From IMG/VR virus record IMGVR_UViG_3300049828_000271, positions 1 to 48,854 of that record: DNA of 48,854 nucleotides. One strand, written 5' to 3'. Made by a program: the position numbers and the translations under genes. The notes under the pieces are model-generated. The model saw nothing but the letters and a program-made list of their open reading frames with translations, did not search any database and was not told where the DNA came from. The DNA is from a virus (taxonomy: Duplodnaviria; Caudoviricetes). Positions 44,241 through 48,854 of this stretch are shown piece by piece (positions within the stretch are counted from its first letter, which is position 1; each line of letters begins with the position of its first letter).

Positions 44241-45614
44241 TTAGAGGCTCGTATTGTACCTTACCTGACTAAAATAGGTGTCCCTGAGTAGCCTACCATC
44301 CGAGAATACCGGGACTAGGGCATTTTCCACAGTCTCGTCATAACCAATGGTTCTATACTCATTCCTTTCGTGAATGACCGTGAAGCGTCCACCTTTCGAC
44401 TTTTTCGAAGCCTGTCCAACTGGATTCTTCGAAACGTCACGCCATACACCGTCGATTCTGATTGCCGAAGCTTTCATTGCAAACTCTTGCGTGTCACGAT
44501 TCATGTGCTGTAACAATGCACCACCCATACCAAATGCGATGTTGTCGGCTGAGTAACCATGCGACTGATAATTCATCAGAATCGCTTCAATGGAACTTGG
44601 GTTTACACCATCACCCTGAATGATGCGAACGTGATTAAGGACTTTGAATCCTTTCGCGTTCACAGTATGTCCAAACTTCGCGTCAAGAATCTTAATGACG
44701 CGCAACGTGACTGCGACCGGATCACCAGAATCAGGACGAACTACAAGAGTTGCGCCAGAGTCGATAACCTGTTGCTTGAGGGATTCACCCCAGATGTATT
44801 CACACGCCTTGTAAATATCGTAGGAGTCAGAGACAACCGCGAAGATGGCTCCCGGCTTACCGTACTGATTCACCATGTTAGTGTATGCAGCGATTTCACC
44901 AACTGTCGATTTACCCCACGTAGTGATCGTGGAATGTTCTGCCGCAGGGATTGAGAATCCTGCCATTGGCTCGTTGTAGTATCTACGTGCAGCGAGTACA
45001 CCTTGCACTGTGTCAGAACCTTGGAAGTTGACCAGATGCGCCATGCCACCGAGGGCTGCGGATTCGTTGGACGATACACCACGCGCACCGAAGTCATGCA
45101 GCTTGAATGGCAGTCCGGCAACATCACCCGTCGCTTCAAGATATGCTTTGATGATCGTCTTGATGTGATGTGAGATTGTTGCAACGGTCGTTGGATACCA
45201 GACTGCGCGAAGCAGTGCAGTTTCCAGATAGCTCGTCAACCAGAAACATTTTGGATCAGTGTTGACGATGGTAACTAGCGGAGTGCCAACCGGGACGATC
45301 AAGCCTTCTGCAAGTGCGTCGATATCAACTGGCAGCTTACCATCGTAGGTGTTGAGAATGTATTCCCAACCTTCACGATTGAATGGCTCACCATGTGACT
45401 TGAAAAACTGGTCAGCTTCATCAATGTCTGATTGCGTGAATGCTTGCCCCACAAGGTATTCCTTGAGGAACGCTTGCAAGCCGAAGAATACCGTTGCGTC
45501 GTGAAGACCGCCGCGAGATTCGATGTATGAGTAGACGTACTCTGTTCCCGGTGGATATTGGAGCCAATGGGAAGCCTTGTACGAGTCTGTGTTTAGTAAT
45601 AAGTTGGTACGCAT
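44241..45614 (-). CDS. nadV: Nicotinamide phosphoribosyltransferase
   Basis: TDSYKASH..QYP, LHDFGARG, SIPAAEHS, VSDSYD, VRPDSGDP, IQGDG and FGMGGALLQ...RDT..FAMK. Confidence 0.95.
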   Translation of the reverse strand: MRTNLLLNTDSYKASHWLQYPPGTEYVYSYIESRGGLHDATVFFGLQAFLKEYLVGQAFTQSDIDEADQFFKSHGEPFNREGWEYILNTYDGKLPVDIDALAEGLIVPVGTPLVTIVNTDPKCFWLTSYLETALLRAVWYPTTVATISHHIKTIIKAYLEATGDVAGLPFKLHDFGARGVSSNESAALGGMAHLVNFQGSDTVQGVLAARRYYNEPMAGFSIPAAEHSTITTWGKSTVGEIAAYTNMVNQYGKPGAIFAVVSDSYDIYKACEYIWGESLKQQVIDSGATLVVRPDSGDPVAVTLRVIKILDAKFGHTVNAKGFKVLNHVRIIQGDGVNPSSIEAILMNYQSHGYSADNIAFGMGGALLQHMNRDTQEFAMKASAIRIDGVWRDVSKNPVGQASKKSKGGRFTVIHERNEYRTIGYDETVENALVPVFSDGRLLRDTYFSQVRYNTSL

Positions 45615-45661
45615 GATAAACTCCTTATCTTGCTGTTGTGGAGAGTGGGTCTATCCCACTC
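45612..45661 (-). promoter_or_regulatory. Two-hairpin RNA leader of nadV
   Basis: GAGTGGG-ATAGA-CCCACTC followed by GATAA-GGAGT-TTATC-ATG. Confidence 0.7.
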
Positions 45662-45836
45662 AGATTTCGATGGTGACAGATACTTCGGTTATGTCTGGAC
45701 CGCGACCAAATTGAGTTTCCCGTGTGGTGAATTCAACCTTGTCGAAAATGATATTTTCGTTCTTGAACTTATCCTTGATGATTGCCTTGACGCACTCTTC
45801 AAGCTGTTCTTGCGTAAATTTCACTTGTAATTTCAT
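45660..45836 (-). CDS. 58-aa protein between natV and nadV
   Basis: MKLQVKFTQEQLEECVKAIIKDKFKNENIIFDKVEFTTRETQFGRGPDITEVSVTIEI; AGGA ribosome-binding site. Confidence 0.65.
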   Translation of the reverse strand: MKLQVKFTQEQLEECVKAIIKDKFKNENIIFDKVEFTTRETQFGRGPDITEVSVTIEI

Positions 45837-45840
45837 GATA

Positions 45841-46926
45841 TTATCCTAGACCTAAGAGGTCTGTTACGATATGGTAGTGATCTTCGAACATCTGTTCCTG
45901 CATTCTGATAAACTCATTCAGCGGAATCCATTTTGCACTTGCTACATCATCTGATCCTTTTACCTTGGGGAGAGTTTTCTCACCGATCAGGTCAAAGTGG
46001 AATGCCGTAGTAATTGTGCGTCCGCGCAAGCTTCGCGAAGGATGATCGTATCGCTTTTCTTTGCGAATCGAACCGCGCAGCTTTGCAGGCGGCACCTTGA
46101 TTTTGGTTTCTTCCTCTAGTTCACGAATTGCCGCAGCATCGACTGTTTCGAACTGATTGACGAATCCACCCGGCATTGCCCACAAGCCTTCGCCCGGTGC
46201 AGCCTTGCGCTGTACAAGTAGAATGTGTCCGAGGCATGTGACCACCGCATCGGCTGTTACAAATACTGGCGGATAGGGAGCCTGTGACCATTGCAGCTTA
46301 TAGGTACGAATGAATTCGAATTCCTTTACAAGCTTGTCGTATTCTTCTGGATTGTGTTCAATCAAATCATCCATGTACTCTAGGACTTTTTCGGGAACAG
46401 AACGTGCAACAATTTTGCGACCATTATTGCTCCATGCTGAATCACCGTTAAAATAGAGTTCACGAACATAAGTGGAATCGAGTCCATGTGTATTCTCCAT
46501 TTCGATCTGATCCCAATTTGGGAAGAGGTCGAGATAATAAGACGTTACATCTTTGTGATGACCTACTAAGAAAATGTTGGGGAGGTCATACCAACCATAT
46601 GCACTTTGATATGCTTTATCGACTGCGCGTTGAACGTCTTTGATCCACGCCAGTTCATTGTAGGGGTTGTCTGAAATGGAATCGAACATGAGTCGTCTAC
46701 GTTCTGCAACGTCGAAGCAATCTTCGATCATGTGTTTACGATCAAGTTCAGAGAATGGATTGCGTGTGTCGGACGGCTTGAAAGCAGAACCGATTAGAAT
46801 TAGCACTCTATCTGAGAATTTCAGTGCTTTGCGAATGGTGTCGATATGCCCGTTGTGCGGCGGCTGAAAACGCCCGATGAACACGGACATTGGTGGAGGT
46901 AGCGAGGCTGATGTTGTCGTTGTCAT
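45841..46926 (-). CDS. natV: Bifunctional NMN adenylyltransferase/Nudix hydrolase
   Basis: [25 protein letters not shown], Nudix box [31 protein letters not shown] and FEDHY.I. Confidence 0.93.
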   Translation of the reverse strand: MTTTTSASLPPPMSVFIGRFQPPHNGHIDTIRKALKFSDRVLILIGSAFKPSDTRNPFSELDRKHMIEDCFDVAERRRLMFDSISDNPYNELAWIKDVQRAVDKAYQSAYGWYDLPNIFLVGHHKDVTSYYLDLFPNWDQIEMENTHGLDSTYVRELYFNGDSAWSNNGRKIVARSVPEKVLEYMDDLIEHNPEEYDKLVKEFEFIRTYKLQWSQAPYPPVFVTADAVVTCLGHILLVQRKAAPGEGLWAMPGGFVNQFETVDAAAIRELEEETKIKVPPAKLRGSIRKEKRYDHPSRSLRGRTITTAFHFDLIGEKTLPKVKGSDDVASAKWIPLNEFIRMQEQMFEDHYHIVTDLLGLG

Positions 46927-46972
46927 TCTAAGGCTCCCTTAGAGTTAGTAAGCTTGGGTCTATCCCTAGCTT
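46924..46972 (-). promoter_or_regulatory. Two-hairpin RNA leader of natV
   Basis: AAGCTaGGG-ATAGA-CCCaAGCTT followed by TCTAAG-GGAGC-CTTAGA-ATG. Confidence 0.7.
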
Positions 46973-46980
46973 GTGTCTAC

Positions 46981-47009
46981 AGTATATAGCTAATTGGTCG
47001 CCTTGTCAA
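46981..47009 (-). promoter_or_regulatory. Sigma70-like promoter of the natV-nadV operon
   Basis: TTGACA-17 bp-TATACT. Confidence 0.8.
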
Positions 47010-47089
47010 GTGCCAAATAACAGCAAGGCACCGATACCTATAACTATAATTAGAACTGCCATTGCGATTTTGTCTGCGTTGATTTTCAT
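47006..47089 (-). CDS. 27-aa membrane peptide
   Basis: MKINADKIAMAVLIIVIGIGALLLFGT; GGAGGA ribosome-binding site. Confidence 0.5.
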   Translation of the reverse strand: MKINADKIAMAVLIIVIGIGALLLFGT

Positions 47090-47090
47090 G

Positions 47091-47312
47091 TTATCCTCCG
47101 AATATCATAAACAGCCCTACAAGTACGGCAAGAGCTAATGCCATCAGAGCAAGTTTAAGGGCAATAATAAAGATGATCCAGAATGCCCAACCCAAGCCGA
47201 TTACGACTGCGGCGACGATTGCGACAATTACCGGAATCGCGATCAAAAAGAGTAGAATACCGATTCCAACGGCTTGCCAAATTGAGGGGTCAGTTACGAT
47301 TGTAGGGTCCAT
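47091..47312 (-). CDS. Very hydrophobic membrane protein
   Basis: About 60 nearly uninterrupted apolar residues; GGAG ribosome-binding site. Confidence 0.6.
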   Translation of the reverse strand: MDPTIVTDPSIWQAVGIGILLFLIAIPVIVAIVAAVVIGLGWAFWIIFIIALKLALMALALAVLVGLFMIFGG

Positions 47313-47315
47313 AAG

Positions 47316-47564
47316 TTACTCCATATACTCATCTGCCCAGACTGTTGCGTTGGGATGTTCATCTGCCCATCTATTTGCATGGTCCTGTGCATCCTCTTTA
47401 TTATCATATCGTGTTTTTTCTAGATGTTTTCCTTCTGGACCCTTGCCATAATAGTAGAATACACCCCAATACTGTCGAGGAGACATTAGCCATTTAAGTA
47501 TTCGATATATTGAGTAAATGGCTAAACAGAAAATAATACTAAAAGCAATCAGAAAGCTTTCCAT
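47316..47564 (-). CDS. Membrane-anchored hypothetical protein
   Basis: N-terminal transmembrane segment; TAATG overlap with the ligase. Confidence 0.6.
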   Translation of the reverse strand: MESFLIAFSIIFCLAIYSIYRILKWLMSPRQYWGVFYYYGKGPEGKHLEKTRYDNKEDAQDHANRWADEHPNATVWADEYME

Positions 47565-48457
47565 TACATATCCCTCTTATCACGGAAGCCAAGAAAGACC
47601 GGGAATCGCGGCTTGTCTTTTGACCCGCTCGCGAAATACTTATACTTTACGATCTTGCCAATAATATTGCGCATTTCCCAAAGTTCTTTACGAGTGTCGG
47701 CATCGAAGCCTGTGCCAATGGAGAATTCCACTTTGGTCTTAAGGTCACGAACGTTGAGTGCGCCCAACACGCCCATTGGCTTCATGTTGGCTTTATGTGA
47801 AGAACGCTCAGTGTGTCCAAGAGCGTTGGTTGTCGCATCGTTTTGATTGCTGAGAAGTTGTTCAAGTCCGATAATCTCAGCTTCGGAATCTTCATAGCGT
47901 TTCAGCTTAAGAAGAGTGCCTTCGTTGGTGGAAGAGCGACCGAACTTGTATGGTCCCTTGTGTGCGCGAAGAATCACGCCTTCCAACCCGCGTTCTAGCT
48001 GTTTTGCTTCGAACGCATCCAGTGCATCCATGTCTGGAATGTTCTTATGCGGAAGAACTTTGATATGCGGTTCGCCGTCGAACTTCTGAATCGAAGCAAG
48101 CCGATCCACGTAACCATTCGCCATCTTTTCACTTGAAATTTCTGGTACTCTATCGAATACCCAGAATGTGAAATTAGGCGAGCCATCTTCACGCATGACT
48201 GCGGAGACTGTATTGCGGTAAACATCCTTGCCGCCGACGAATCCTACCATGAGTTCGCCGTCAAGTCCGTTGTACTTGACTTTGCCGATTTGCTTCTGCA
48301 CGTATTCATTCGGAATCGGCTTAAGGCTGCGGCTCATTGCAACACCGTCAATGATGATGCAACGTACACCGTCAAGCTTTGCGCTTGCGAGTACGGGGAA
48401 TTTCTGTTTGCTTGCGTCGAACTTACCGGCAAGCAACGGTTTGAATGTTTTACTCAT
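47564..48457 (-). CDS. Minimal ATP-dependent DNA ligase
   Basis: KLDGVR, LDGEL, FWVFD, EGVILR, LLKLK, FSIGTGF and PRFPVF motifs; 297 aa. Confidence 0.93.
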   Translation of the reverse strand: MSKTFKPLLAGKFDASKQKFPVLASAKLDGVRCIIIDGVAMSRSLKPIPNEYVQKQIGKVKYNGLDGELMVGFVGGKDVYRNTVSAVMREDGSPNFTFWVFDRVPEISSEKMANGYVDRLASIQKFDGEPHIKVLPHKNIPDMDALDAFEAKQLERGLEGVILRAHKGPYKFGRSSTNEGTLLKLKRYEDSEAEIIGLEQLLSNQNDATTNALGHTERSSHKANMKPMGVLGALNVRDLKTKVEFSIGTGFDADTRKELWEMRNIIGKIVKYKYFASGSKDKPRFPVFLGFRDKRDM

Positions 48458-48513
48458 AGTATTAGTATCTCACGAAACACATGGAAAAGTCAAGCATGAA
48501 TCTAGGTTAACGA

Positions 48514-48854
48514 TCAGGTACTTACGGAATTGCGCCTTGCGGCAATGGCTTTTCCGAATTCGTCGGGGTCCGCATCTAAGACGATTTCCTTGTAAGAGAA
48601 CGATTCACCCGATGCGTGATCCTTTACGATGTTGTCAGGCTCGCGATAGCTGCGAATATTCTCTTTCGCCTTGAATCGCTCTTTCACTACTTCTGGATGA
48701 TAGAATGATCGTACTCGCGCCGTCAACTTTTCCATCGCTTCACGCTCATTGGAGATACGGTCACGGCAGTTCTGTGCCGTGACGCGAATACCTGATGGAA
48801 GGTGACGCAAGCGCAAGCAATTCATATGCTTGTTCCGATGCTGTCCACCTGCAC
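48514..48854 (-). CDS. GGQ peptidyl-tRNA hydrolase/release-factor-like protein (5' partial)
   Basis: Frame is open to the window end and reads AGGQHRNKHMNCLRLRHLPSGIRV.....R....N...A...L, then IRSY....N.VKDH.SG. Confidence 0.85.
   Translation of the reverse strand, partial: AGGQHRNKHMNCLRLRHLPSGIRVTAQNCRDRISNEREAMEKLTARVRSFYHPEVVKERFKAKENIRSYREPDNIVKDHASGESFSYKEIVLDADPDEFGKAIAARRNSVST

Noticed and set aside
525-48825. Stop-codon reassignment, suggested by the release-factor-like gene and split genes
   Set aside because: Core genes are full length in the standard code, TAA, TAG and TGA all end genes, and the split parts are not simple in-frame readthroughs.

Overview
A 48.9-kb segment of a large T4-like myophage of a Gram-negative host, with almost all genes on the minus strand. 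Bases 1-32.5 kb hold the baseplate/tail module: split DUF4815 protein, gp8, gp7, gp6, HNH endonuclease, gp25, gp5, gp27-like, gp53, gp48, a lysozyme-bearing tape-measure-like gene, gp51, gp26, gp54-like, gp2 and gp4. Bases 32.5-48.9 kb hold gp32, gp59, gp33, a cell-wall hydrolase, exonuclease, PhoH, a pyrimidine-dimer glycosylase, many small ORFs, NAD salvage genes (nadV, natV), a minimal DNA ligase and a GGQ release-factor-like gene. Seven observations stand out. (1) The same two-hairpin RNA leader, with different stems but conserved loops, precedes both NAD-salvage genes. (2) gp7 is split by about 9.4 kb of duplicated PASTA/Ig/beta-helix/lyase modules. (3) There is a PagL-like lipid A deacylase. 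(4) A permuted two-piece tmRNA co-occurs with a GGQ protein. (5) An unexplained structured RNA of about 340 nt follows an IHF-box promoter. (6) gp26/gp51 look joined by a -1 frameshift. (7) A tiny basic ORF carries a capsid-targeting-like leader. All family calls are motif recognition by eye; no searches were run.
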